Assembly (NCBI GenBank): GCA_963727705.1
Contig: CAVSHK010000024.1
Span: 7,950-71,949, forward strand
Length of the DNA: 64,000 bases
Source: an uncultured Bacteroidota bacterium
GTDB lineage: Bacteria > Bacteroidota > Bacteroidia > 2-12-FULL-35-15
Reading direction: 5' to 3'
Shown: one piece after another, positions 1 through 8,144 of the stretch
Position numbering within the stretch: the first letter of the stretch is position 1
Layout of the letters: each line of letters starts with the position of its first letter
The notes under the pieces: generated by a model
Database searches by the model: none
What the model was told of the DNA's origin: nothing
Seen by the model: only the letters and a program-made list of their open reading frames with translations
Made by a program: the position numbers and the translations under genes

Positions 1-737
1 CGGACCTGGTCTTCGAATCGGGCGCGCTGGTCGAGCGGATCGTTCAATTCACTGAACGCATTGCATATTTCCTGCCCGTTCACCATTCCCTCAAAACGTT
101 CCACCAGACCCTCGACCGACCGATGCTTCTTCGCAAGCGGCGACATTTCTACCGGATAATCCATAATAAAGGTCGGCTGTACAGATGGGGCTGCACTTTG
201 ACGCTGAAAATTTCATCGACGATCTTTCCGGCTCCCGCGGCCGGTTCGACGTCGACATGGTGTTCTTTTGCAAGAGACCGGAGTTGACCTTCATCTTTTC
301 CTTGAAGTTTCAGCCCGGTATACTCTTCGATCGCACCGAACATCGTCAGCCGTTTCCACGGAGGCGTGAAGTCGATCTCGTGTTCGCCTAACTTTACTTT
401 TGCGCTTCCGTTGAGCGCGAGCGCGACGGAATAGATCATCTGTTCGACCAGTCCCATCATCCACAAATAATCCTGGTATGCAACGTAGACCTCCATCATT
501 GTAAATTCAGGATTGTGCGTCCGGTCCATTCCCTCGTTGCGAAAATCTTTTGCGATTTCGTATACGCCGTCGTAGCCGCCGACGATGAGGCGCTTGAGGT
601 ACAACTCGTCGGCGATGCGGAGGTAAACGGCATATCCAGCGTATTGTGGTGCGTGATGAACGGCCGCGCGGAAGCACCGCCGTACAAGAGGCTGAAGGAC
701 CGGCGTCTCAACCTCAAGATACCCCCGTTCGTCCAGT
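1..737 (-). pseudogene. lysS: lysyl-tRNA synthetase (class II) fragment: catalytic core only, 5'-truncated at ~737, runs off the window start, at least 3 frame changes
   Basis: Minus-strand translation gives LEVETPVLQPL (frame A), then LYGGASARPFITHHNTLDMPF (frame B, ~625-683), then YLRIADELYLKRLIVGGYDGVYEIAKDFRNEGMDRTHNPEFTMMEVYVAY (frame A). A third frame (nt 1-185) gives [48 protein letters not shown]. The N-terminal anticodon-binding domain is absent. The segment is GC-rich (36/60 and 32/60 G+C hand-counted in the first two lines), unlike the rest of the window. Confidence 0.85.
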
Positions 738-891
738 CTCGATATGCTCACCGAAAAGGCTCGCTACTCGAACTGACATCTGTATTTTCGCACAGTCACT
801 TCGAGTAGGCTTTTTCAGCCGTATCAAGAAGTGAATATTGAAAATCATATACTTAACAAATTTTTCGGATGAAATTTAAACAGGCTCTTAG
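737..891. repeat. truncated, inverted copy of the MITE-like element at 3564-3768
   Basis: The reverse complement of 3564-3717 aligns base for base with 737-891. I saw about 5 mismatches and one 1-nt indel. The copy keeps one terminal repeat (869-891 ATGAAATTTAAACAGGCTCTTAG) and lacks the other end. Confidence 0.9.
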
Positions 892-983
892 TATAGCCAT
901 ATTATATTTATTCGTGTTTGTGTTCTGAAACATTACTATTTCATTGATTTATTTTTAAAATTTTTCAACTCCACTGTTAAACA

Positions 984-1011
984 AAAACAGCCCCGTATTG
1001 GGGCTGTTTTT
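984..1011. terminator. bidirectional rho-independent terminator hairpin downstream of the PepSY-like gene
   Basis: AAAAACAGCCCC-gtatt-GGGGCTGTTTTT: a GC-rich 7-bp stem flanked by an A-run and a T-run. Confidence 0.7.
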
Positions 1012-1025
1012 GTAATTAACAATCC

Positions 1026-1481
1026 TTATTTTTTAGATTTATTTTTATTGTGCATTTTCTTTTCTTCTTTTACAAATGTTCCGTTAGCATCAAAAAATAA
1101 ATGCGTTTCCCCAACTTTTGCTTTATACGTAACTACACCTTTAGCATCTGTCATTTTGAAGGCTTTCGTTATTTTTTTTCCGGTACAATTTTTTTCAATA
1201 TATGCACTTGCCGCAACCGGAAGTTCAGAAATCTGAATTTCTGTTTTTGTTTTAACTAAATTTCCCTCGTCATCTATTATAACACAAGTTTCCGTTTTGT
1301 TTTCATCAAATTCAGCCTTGTAGCTTCCTTTTTCTTTTTCCCACTTTTCAACTTTTGAGTTAGGATATAAACTCGTGAATTTTGTTTTAACGGCAGCCGG
1401 AACCTCCGATTCACTTACTTTTTGAGCGTATGCTACACCTCCAATAAAGATTGCAGACATCATAATAATTGCTTTTTTCAT
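1026..1481 (-). CDS. secreted PepSY-like (putative beta-lactamase-inhibitor-like) domain protein
   Basis: 151-aa ORF with signal peptide MKKAIIMMSAIFIGGVAYAQ. Two repeats of the VP..V...F...YP......W and KAEF / YKAKV pattern typical of the PepSY-like family. Confidence 0.6.
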   Translation of the reverse strand: MKKAIIMMSAIFIGGVAYAQKVSESEVPAAVKTKFTSLYPNSKVEKWEKEKGSYKAEFDENKTETCVIIDDEGNLVKTKTEIQISELPVAASAYIEKNCTGKKITKAFKMTDAKGVVTYKAKVGETHLFFDANGTFVKEEKKMHNKNKSKK

Positions 1482-1558
1482 GGTTTTTTTTTAGTTATTG
1501 TTTATTAATCTTGATTTATCCTGCTGTTTTATTTGATAATAGATATTAATTATAAAAA

Positions 1559-2131
1559 TTAGTCAATTATAAACTCTGCATTTGATGTTAATTCAATTTC
1601 ATCACTTACAATTGTAACGGGTGTTGTCATACCAACCGAAAAGTCTTTCCTGTTCAATTTGCCGGTAATGGTAAATCCAACAGAATTTTTTTTGGACATT
1701 GGATTGAAAGCTTTTCCATTATAAATCACATCCAGCGAAACAGGATTGGTTATTCCATGTATTGTAATGTTTCCATTTAATACATATTTATTGGCATTCA
1801 CTTTTTTAAATGAAGTACTCTTGAAAATTATTGAAGGGAATTTTTCAACATCAAACCAACCTTCACTTTTTAAATCGGTATCTCTCATTTCTATATCCGT
1901 ATCAATAGATTTTGTGTCTATTTTCAATTCGATAACAGCATCAGAAAAATCTTCTTTTTTTGCTGCAAATGTTGCCATTACATTTTTAAATCTGCCCTCT
2001 ACATGCGATATTTCAAAGTGAGTTGCACTAAATCCTACTTTTGTATGATTTTTATCCAGCGTGTAAGTGGGTTGTGCTTCAGCAATACTACAAATTGTAA
2101 ATGCTGCAATGGTCATAAGTACTTGTTTCAT
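1559..2131 (-). CDS. YceI family (polyisoprenoid-binding) periplasmic protein
   Basis: 190 aa with a signal peptide. Contains Y.LDKNHTKVGFSATHFEISHVEGRFK and GNITIHGITNPV, characteristic YceI motifs. Confidence 0.8.
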   Translation of the reverse strand: MKQVLMTIAAFTICSIAEAQPTYTLDKNHTKVGFSATHFEISHVEGRFKNVMATFAAKKEDFSDAVIELKIDTKSIDTDIEMRDTDLKSEGWFDVEKFPSIIFKSTSFKKVNANKYVLNGNITIHGITNPVSLDVIYNGKAFNPMSKKNSVGFTITGKLNRKDFSVGMTTPVTIVSDEIELTSNAEFIID

Positions 2132-2228
2132 CTGCTTTGTTTTTTTTAAGTTTAACTATTGCAAATGTCCATACAATTGGGGGGTAACGTGTTACATAAC
2201 TCTCCTAATAAGTTACATCATTCACATA

Positions 2229-3100
2229 TTATTTTTTCAACTCTACTTTCCCTTTTTGAGTAAAATTTATATGAAAAGTTTCTTTTACCGGATTGGTGGA
2301 TTCCATGATAGCATTAAGTGTTAACACATAATTGTAATTATCTTTATTAACAAGTATCTGAAACAATGTTTTACCAATGTTGTTTGCATTAATCTCCAGC
2401 GGAAGTTCAATAAATGATGTTCCATTAGGTGTAATAATGATGGACTTCTTGTGGTTTCCTTTAAGATTACCCTGCTTTAAAATTTTCATGGAATAATTCA
2501 TGTTTTTTATTATTAATGCAACAGGACTGTAATTGACAATTTTTATTTTAGCAATGGCTTGAATGGACTTAAAACGAATTCTTTTCCATTTTATAGTTGT
2601 AATTTTCAACTCGGGTGGTTGAGGTATTTTTAGTTTTGCAGCTCTGTTGATAGGTATATTCGATTTTCCTAAGACGGTGGCATATTGAAGAGAAACATTA
2701 ATTGAATAACCCGCACTATCTCCTTTTTTTCTTTCTGTCTATTAAGATCCTTTAAAAGTGCAACGAAAGGAATTTTCAAAGAAAAATCAATGGTGTCGCT
2801 TCCATAACCGGATAACTGAATTCCCAATGATATTTTATCTTGTATATACGTTTTATCAAACAGCGATATTTTATAATCAATTGTATCAATCTCAATTTTA
2901 AGAAATGTCTTGTTTTGCACTACCAGTTTAGCACCGACATACGACGTATCATTTTTAACTACAATGCTTATTTCGCCAATCTCCTTCACTGTAGGAGCAA
3001 AATGTTTTATCAACTGATGTCTGAAAATAAAAACACAGCTACCGGCAATAACCGCTGATACGAGTAAAAAAATGCAGATGTGCTTTAGTTTCTTTTTCAA
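2229..3100 (-). pseudogene. membrane-anchored protein with two LEA14/LEA_2-like domains, interrupted by one frameshift in an A-run (~2725)
   Basis: ORF 2669-3100 (N-terminal TM helix) stops shortly after ..NRQKEKK. Shifting one frame continues GDSAGYSINVSLQYATVLGKSNIPINRAAKLKIPQPPELKITTIKWK.. into ORF 2229-2609. The domain assignment is tentative. Confidence 0.5.
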
Positions 3101-3117
3101 CCTGTTTCTTTTTAAAA

Positions 3118-3562
3118 CTATTGCCTTTTTTCTGTTTCCGGTTTTTCTCCTGCCTGCTTCATGAGTTGTTTTTCTTTTTTATCTACACTTGGAAAAGAGG
3201 GATTCAGAGCTTTCAGCTTTTCTAAATAATTTTACCTGTCAGTAAATGTGAATAAGGTTTATCATCAGCAGGTATAATGTATCAGGGCGCAATTTTTTTA
3301 CTGGTGTGCTTTAATGCTTGCTCATATGCACCTTGGTAAGCTGTCCAGCAATTGCGCTCAATAATATCGTTCGAATAAAATTTCCAGTACTTTTCTTTGT
3401 TTTCAATTCTTTCCAAAAAACGGTTGCATTGTTCTTCTTTTGATCTCAAGATGCACTACTTTGAAATCTAATCACAATGGTCATGTATTTAGTAACCAGT
3501 GCGGGATATGGTTTTCATATCCTGTGCCACCGGGTGAAAAAATTTGAATTGTATTTTTCCGA
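3118..3562 (-). pseudogene. polyphosphate kinase 2 (PPK2) family remnant: C-terminal ~145 codons, with frameshifts and an in-frame TGA; truncated at the MITE-like element
   Basis: Minus-strand reading gives [64 protein letters not shown], then in another frame EKLKALNPSFPSVDKKEKQL..*. This matches the PPK2 C-terminal pattern (KEEQ..R...R......WKF...D..ER..W..Y..AYE....T....APWY.IPAD.K). No ORF of 60 aa or longer survives here. Confidence 0.6.
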
Positions 3563-3563
3563 A

Positions 3564-3768
3564 CTCAGAGCCTGTTTAAATTTCATCTGAATATTTGTTA
3601 AGTATATGATTTTCAATATTCACTTCTCGATACGGCTGAAAAAGCCTACTCGAAGTGACTGTGCGAAAATACTGATGTCAGTTCGAGTAGCGAGCCTTTT
3701 CGGTGAGCATATCGAGAACTATTGAGTGATGATATATTTTTAGCAATGAAATTTAAACAGGCTCTCAG
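3564..3768. mobile_element. MITE-like non-coding element (205 bp) with 23-bp terminal inverted repeats
   Basis: Left end 3564-3586 is CTCAGAGCCTGTTTAAATTTCAT. The reverse complement of the right end 3746-3768 is CTGAGAGCCTGTTTAAATTTCAT (22/23 match). Internal hairpin CTACTCGAA..TTCGAGTAG. No ORF. A second, truncated copy lies at 737-891. I saw no clear target-site duplication. Confidence 0.7.
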
Positions 3769-3791
3769 ATTAATAATAAAGTGGCATTAAA

Positions 3792-4265
3792 CTAGTTTAA
3801 ATACCTGCCAAGTATCCATGCTATTGTTTCGTGCTGTTCCATCAATCCGGTAAGGAAATCAGCTGTACCTGCATCTTTATTTTTTTCGGCACAGTGTTCA
3901 ATGTCCTTTCGTAATTTTATTATAATTGTTTGGTGGTCTGTATGTAATTCTTCAATTAAGCTTTTTGACGAGGCATATTTTCCCGGATGTTCTTTAATGG
4001 AAGCATATTTCAAATATTCCTCCATTGTTCCAATTGTTTTTTCACCCAACTTTCCAATCCTTTCAGCTATCGCGTCAATTGCTTCTTCAAGTTCTGCATA
4101 TTGACCTTGAAATAATTTATGAAGTTCCATAAAACTTTCGCCGGAAACATTCCAATGAAATTTTCTTGTTTTTACATATAACACCATTTCGTCTGCTAAA
4201 ATTATTGTAAGTACATCACTACTTTTATGCAATTGATTTTCTGTAATTCCTATTTTTGTTTTCAT
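3792..4265 (-). CDS. dps: Dps family DNA-protection / ferritin-like protein
   Basis: 157 aa. LADEMVLYVKTRKFHWNV.G..F.ELHKLF..QY.EL.EAID.IAERI..LG is the typical Dps ferroxidase-region pattern. Confidence 0.9.
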   Translation of the reverse strand: MKTKIGITENQLHKSSDVLTIILADEMVLYVKTRKFHWNVSGESFMELHKLFQGQYAELEEAIDAIAERIGKLGEKTIGTMEEYLKYASIKEHPGKYASSKSLIEELHTDHQTIIIKLRKDIEHCAEKNKDAGTADFLTGLMEQHETIAWILGRYLN

Positions 4266-4372
4266 GTTTGGATTTTTTTAGATGGTATGTAAAATTCATT
4301 AAACCTTTTTTGACTTTTATTCCAATTGGTGTATTGTTATTTTATATATAATAGTTCAATAACCATATTATT

Positions 4373-5044
4373 TTAGTTGGCTGTTGCATAATCATACTCA
4401 ACAGCCAGTTCATTATCTACTGCCCAAACACCGGGCGTGTTCCAAGCTATTCGTCCGGCTTCATCTTTTTGATACCAAGAACTAACGGTTCCGCTTAATG
4501 TTACTTTAGTACCTGAAGCACTAACTTTAATATTCTGACTATTGACAGGCCAACTGCGTGCAAGTGCATTTTCTACATCTATTATTTCAATCTCTTCTTT
4601 AGTTTCAGATTTAACGATGATATTGTTACTTATGCCTTTTACTCCAATAAGATACTGTACGGCATCTTTCGCAGCTTCTTTCTGATAATTCCAAGGTAAT
4701 TCACCATTAAGAGTTATCCATCCGTCTTCCACTTTCACTTGTATTTTGTCGCCCGGAACATCCCAACGTCCCTTAAATGCAGTCAGAACTTCATTGGCAA
4801 TGTCTTCATTACTTTTATTTGAAGCGCTACTAAATTTTATTTCAATTTTTTCAACCACCGCTTTTACACCCGCTACACTTTTGGCAGCATTTTCAGCCTC
4901 CAATTTCTTGGCGTAACAGTCAACAATTCCTGTTAGTGAAACAACCCCATCTTTAGCTGTAACCCCAATTTCTGCTGCATTCAATAACGGTTCCCATTTA
5001 ATGGCGTCTTGAACGTCCTTTTGTAACTCTTCATTATTTTTCAT
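4373..5044 (-). CDS. BON-domain (OsmY-like) protein, three BON repeats
   Basis: Three repeats of the pattern ....I.V....G.V.L.G.V......E.A...V.GVK.V.N.I. The ORF is open from 5080; the ATG at 5044 (MKNNEELQKD) is the likely start. Confidence 0.75.
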   Translation of the reverse strand: MKNNEELQKDVQDAIKWEPLLNAAEIGVTAKDGVVSLTGIVDCYAKKLEAENAAKSVAGVKAVVEKIEIKFSSASNKSNEDIANEVLTAFKGRWDVPGDKIQVKVEDGWITLNGELPWNYQKEAAKDAVQYLIGVKGISNNIIVKSETKEEIEIIDVENALARSWPVNSQNIKVSASGTKVTLSGTVSSWYQKDEAGRIAWNTPGVWAVDNELAVEYDYATAN

Positions 5045-5177
5045 TTTAATAAATTTTACATTAAGAATTGATTTTCTCAACAGTACAAAATTGGCTACTC
5101 TTTAAAAGATAAGTGTTACAAAATAATTATAGAAGGTTGCAATATTCACACACGATGAATGAGAACAATGTTGGATT

Positions 5178-6128
5178 TTACCTCAACTTATTTCCCGTTT
5201 TTTTTGCTTCCTTCTTAAAATATCTTTTCAATAAAAAACTATGTTGAAGTCCTTCCAAATCCTTATCTAATTTTCTTGAACTGCTTTCTAAATTACCAAT
5301 CATCAATTTTAAATTAGTACCAGTCTGTTCATCATGCAATAATATTCCGACCGGACTTTGGGTGTTACTGCCGGCTTGTTTTAAATTACTTACAAAAACA
5401 GCTGCCGTATCGGCTATGCTTTGTAATTTAAAAACAGACCCTTTTAGTGATTTAAACACGATAGTATCTGTTACCAATTCGTTAGCGAGCGTTCCTTTTT
5501 TGTTAAGTTTGGCGCTAAAGTTTGAGAGAGAAGTAATTAGCATTTCTGCATTTGCTGAAGCCTGTTGAAGGGAGCTGGTTGTTGATGCTATACTATTATA
5601 AACAGTTTCGTCATTAATAAGTTTACCTATGGTGCCTTGTCCATTTGTAAGTTTTTGGGTAAGCGCCAATACATTTAAATTGTTTTTCTGAAACGTATTC
5701 ATTATTTCTTCAGTAGTCAACATAACTTCATTTGCAAGTTCATCACCTTCTTCAACCTCCGGAACTATCGGTGTTCCACCATAAATAACAAGAATTTTAT
5801 TTCCGATAAAGCCATCGGTACTTACTTTTACTTTAGCGTCTTTGCGTATGTACTGTTGTGACTCAATATTGATATTCATAATTACTTTGACTTGCGACTT
5901 TCCGTAGAATTCAGTTTTTTTAACGGTTCCTATTTTCACTCCTGAAAACCAAATGTTATTGCCTGCCACCAAGCCATTAATATCTCCAAATACAGTTGAT
6001 ACAGTCATTTTCTTTTGAAAGGTAGAATGTAAATTACCGATGGTCATTATTCCTCCAACGAGCAACAACAATCCTATAATGATAAAAACACCTACACCAA
6101 TTGTTCGTTTGTTCACTGATTCTGACAT
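5178..6128 (-). CDS. mlaD: MlaD/MCE-domain protein (ABC lipid-transport substrate-binding component)
   Basis: 316 aa. N-terminal TM helix followed by an MCE fold signature (F.DINGLVAGNNIWFSGVKIGTVKK). Adjacent to a MlaF/MlaE-type ATPase and permease. Confidence 0.75.
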   Translation of the reverse strand: MSESVNKRTIGVGVFIIIGLLLLVGGIMTIGNLHSTFQKKMTVSTVFGDINGLVAGNNIWFSGVKIGTVKKTEFYGKSQVKVIMNINIESQQYIRKDAKVKVSTDGFIGNKILVIYGGTPIVPEVEEGDELANEVMLTTEEIMNTFQKNNLNVLALTQKLTNGQGTIGKLINDETVYNSIASTTSSLQQASANAEMLITSLSNFSAKLNKKGTLANELVTDTIVFKSLKGSVFKLQSIADTAAVFVSNLKQAGSNTQSPVGILLHDEQTGTNLKLMIGNLESSSRKLDKDLEGLQHSFLLKRYFKKEAKKTGNKLR

Positions 6129-6131
6129 GGC

Positions 6132-6906
6132 TTATCGTATAAAATTATAATTGTAAAAACTTTTTATCTCGTCATTATCCGATTCAAATACTTCTTTGAA
6201 TGTTCCAACTTTTACAAATGTTCCATCCATTAACATAGCCACTCTACTTCCTGTTTGTTTAGCACAAGTAAGGTCATGTGTAATAATGATAGAAGTAGTG
6301 TTATACTTTTTTTGAACGTCATTTATCAGCATATTAATTTCTTCTGATGTAATGGGATCAAGACCTGCTGTGGGTTCATCATACAGTATCACCTCCGGTT
6401 TTAAAATTAACGTGCGTGCAATGCCAATTCTTTTGCGTTGTCCGCCCGAACAGGTCTGATGGCATTTCATTCATCTTATCTTTCAGCCCAACAGCATCTA
6501 ACACCTCTTCCACCGCTTTATTTATTTCCTCTTTGTTCAAATTCTTTTTATTCATTGTTAATGGAAATTCAAGGTTTTGACGTACGCTCATGCTATCATA
6601 CAGCGCAGCACTTTGAAATAAGAATCCAATTCGCAAGCGCAACGCATCCAACTCTTTTCCGGATAACTTATTGACTTCTTTGCCAAACACATTTACAATA
6701 CCTTTGTCTGATGATAATAAGCCAACCAGAATTTTTATCAACACCGATTTCCCAGAACCTGAACGCCCCATTACCACCATGTTCTCTCCCTTAAAAACAT
6801 CAATGGTGATGTTTTTTAAAATATCTAAATCGCCAAATGATTTATATAAGCCCTTGATTGAAATAACCGGTTCTTCATTTGCATGTATTGTATTCAATTG
6901 TTCCAT
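6132..6906 (-). CDS. mlaF: ABC transporter ATP-binding protein (MlaF-like); one frameshift (~6449) in this sequence
   Basis: Walker A GRSGSGKS lies in ORF 6379-6906. The signature LSGGQRKRIGIARTL and Walker B ILYDEPTAGLDP lie in ORF 6132-6470. Removing one T in CTGTTCGGG restores MPSDLSGGQRKR. Confidence 0.85.
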
Positions 6907-6909
6907 TTA

Positions 6910-7704
6910 TTAGAAGTATCTTATCCAGTTAGTTATTTGTACAATAGTAACTTCTTCAACAAATACTAAAAACATAGCTAAAACAACAGCCTGATTGGCA
7001 GCACGCCCAACACCGAGTGTTCCCTGTGCAGCATTATATCCTTTATAACAACCAACCATTCCTATGGTAAATCCATAGATAATTGATTTGACAATGGATG
7101 CAAATACATCCAAAAAAGTAATGGTAGCAAATCCATTATTGAAAAAACTGACAATACTAGTTGCTTCATTGGTATGTACACTAATGTAAGAACCAATTAA
7201 TGCCACAAAACTACAGTACATGGACAATATGGGAATTGTAATGGTGCAAGCCAGCACGCGTGTTGTTACCAAATACTTAAACGGATTAATGGCCGAAACT
7301 TCCATTGCTTCTATTTGCTCACTGACTTTCATTGAGCCCAATTCAGCACCAATGCTTGAACCTACTTTTCCGGCACAGATAAGTGCTGTTACCAATGCCG
7401 CCAACGCTCTAACTATGGCAATTGAAATTAAGGAAGGCAACCATGAGGTGGCACCGAATTCTGCCAATGATGGTCGTGATTGTTTGGTAAAAACAATGCC
7501 TGTAATAAATCCTGTAAGCGTAATTAAAGGAAGTGATTTTACACCTATTTCATAACATTGATTAGTTATTTCACCGAAATGAAACGGAGGTAAAAATGCT
7601 TGCTTAAAAAACCGAATTATAAACATATAGGCTTTATAAACGCCCGAAAAGAATTGGTCAATTTGCTTAGAAAATAGATAGTTATGTGGTTGAGAATTTA
7701 TCAC
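6910..7704 (-). CDS. mlaE: MlaE family ABC transporter permease
   Basis: 264 aa, multi-TM. Has the conserved MlaE-type motif EQI.AME....NP..YLV..R. Confidence 0.8.
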   Translation of the reverse strand: MINSQPHNYLFSKQIDQFFSGVYKAYMFIIRFFKQAFLPPFHFGEITNQCYEIGVKSLPLITLTGFITGIVFTKQSRPSLAEFGATSWLPSLISIAIVRALAALVTALICAGKVGSSIGAELGSMKVSEQIEAMEVSAINPFKYLVTTRVLACTITIPILSMYCSFVALIGSYISVHTNEATSIVSFFNNGFATITFLDVFASIVKSIIYGFTIGMVGCYKGYNAAQGTLGVGRAANQAVVLAMFLVFVEEVTIVQITNWIRYF

Positions 7705-8144
7705 AGTTTTGTTGTTAATGTTTGCTTAAACTAATTTTTTCAAAACTTTTGTTGTGACGTGTCTTGAGGTTATACCATTTAAAAAGAGACGAAACAGTAT
7801 CCTAAAAAGAGTTAAGTAATTACTGACAAAGGTGAACATGTTAATTTTTATAAATGTTACATAACTTTAGATGTTAGTTACACTATTCACACATTAACAG
7901 CTGATGAACAACCCCAAGACAAAACCAGGAGGTATTGCAAAGCCAATTTCTTATGCAAACAAAATGGTGTTCGAAAAAAGCAAACAATTTTTAGCCCCGC
8001 AATAGAACTGCGAGGTACTTACTCAAAAAAATCATCCTATTCCAACCCTTTTGTTTTTTTTGTCGTCTTACCCACAATGTGGTTAAATCTGAAAATCACG
8101 TTTTGAATTTTTTATCATTTGTTGAATTAAAAAGTAAAATTTCC

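Noticed and set aside
3290-3300. In-frame TGA at a conserved Trp position of the PPK2 relic as evidence for TGA recoding (genetic code 4 or 25)
   Set aside because: It is a single case inside an obviously decayed gene. All other interruptions I examined (dnaK, asd, nasA, mlaF and others) are true frame changes, not TGA codons. About 60 long ORFs read normally with the standard code.
7904-8005. 33-codon ORF (MNNPKTKPGGIAKPISYANKMVFEKSKQFLAPQ) in the 440-bp spacer upstream of the giant surface-protein gene
   Set aside because: There is no promoter box, no recognisable motif and no comparative evidence. Small ORFs of this size arise by chance, so it is not reported as a feature.
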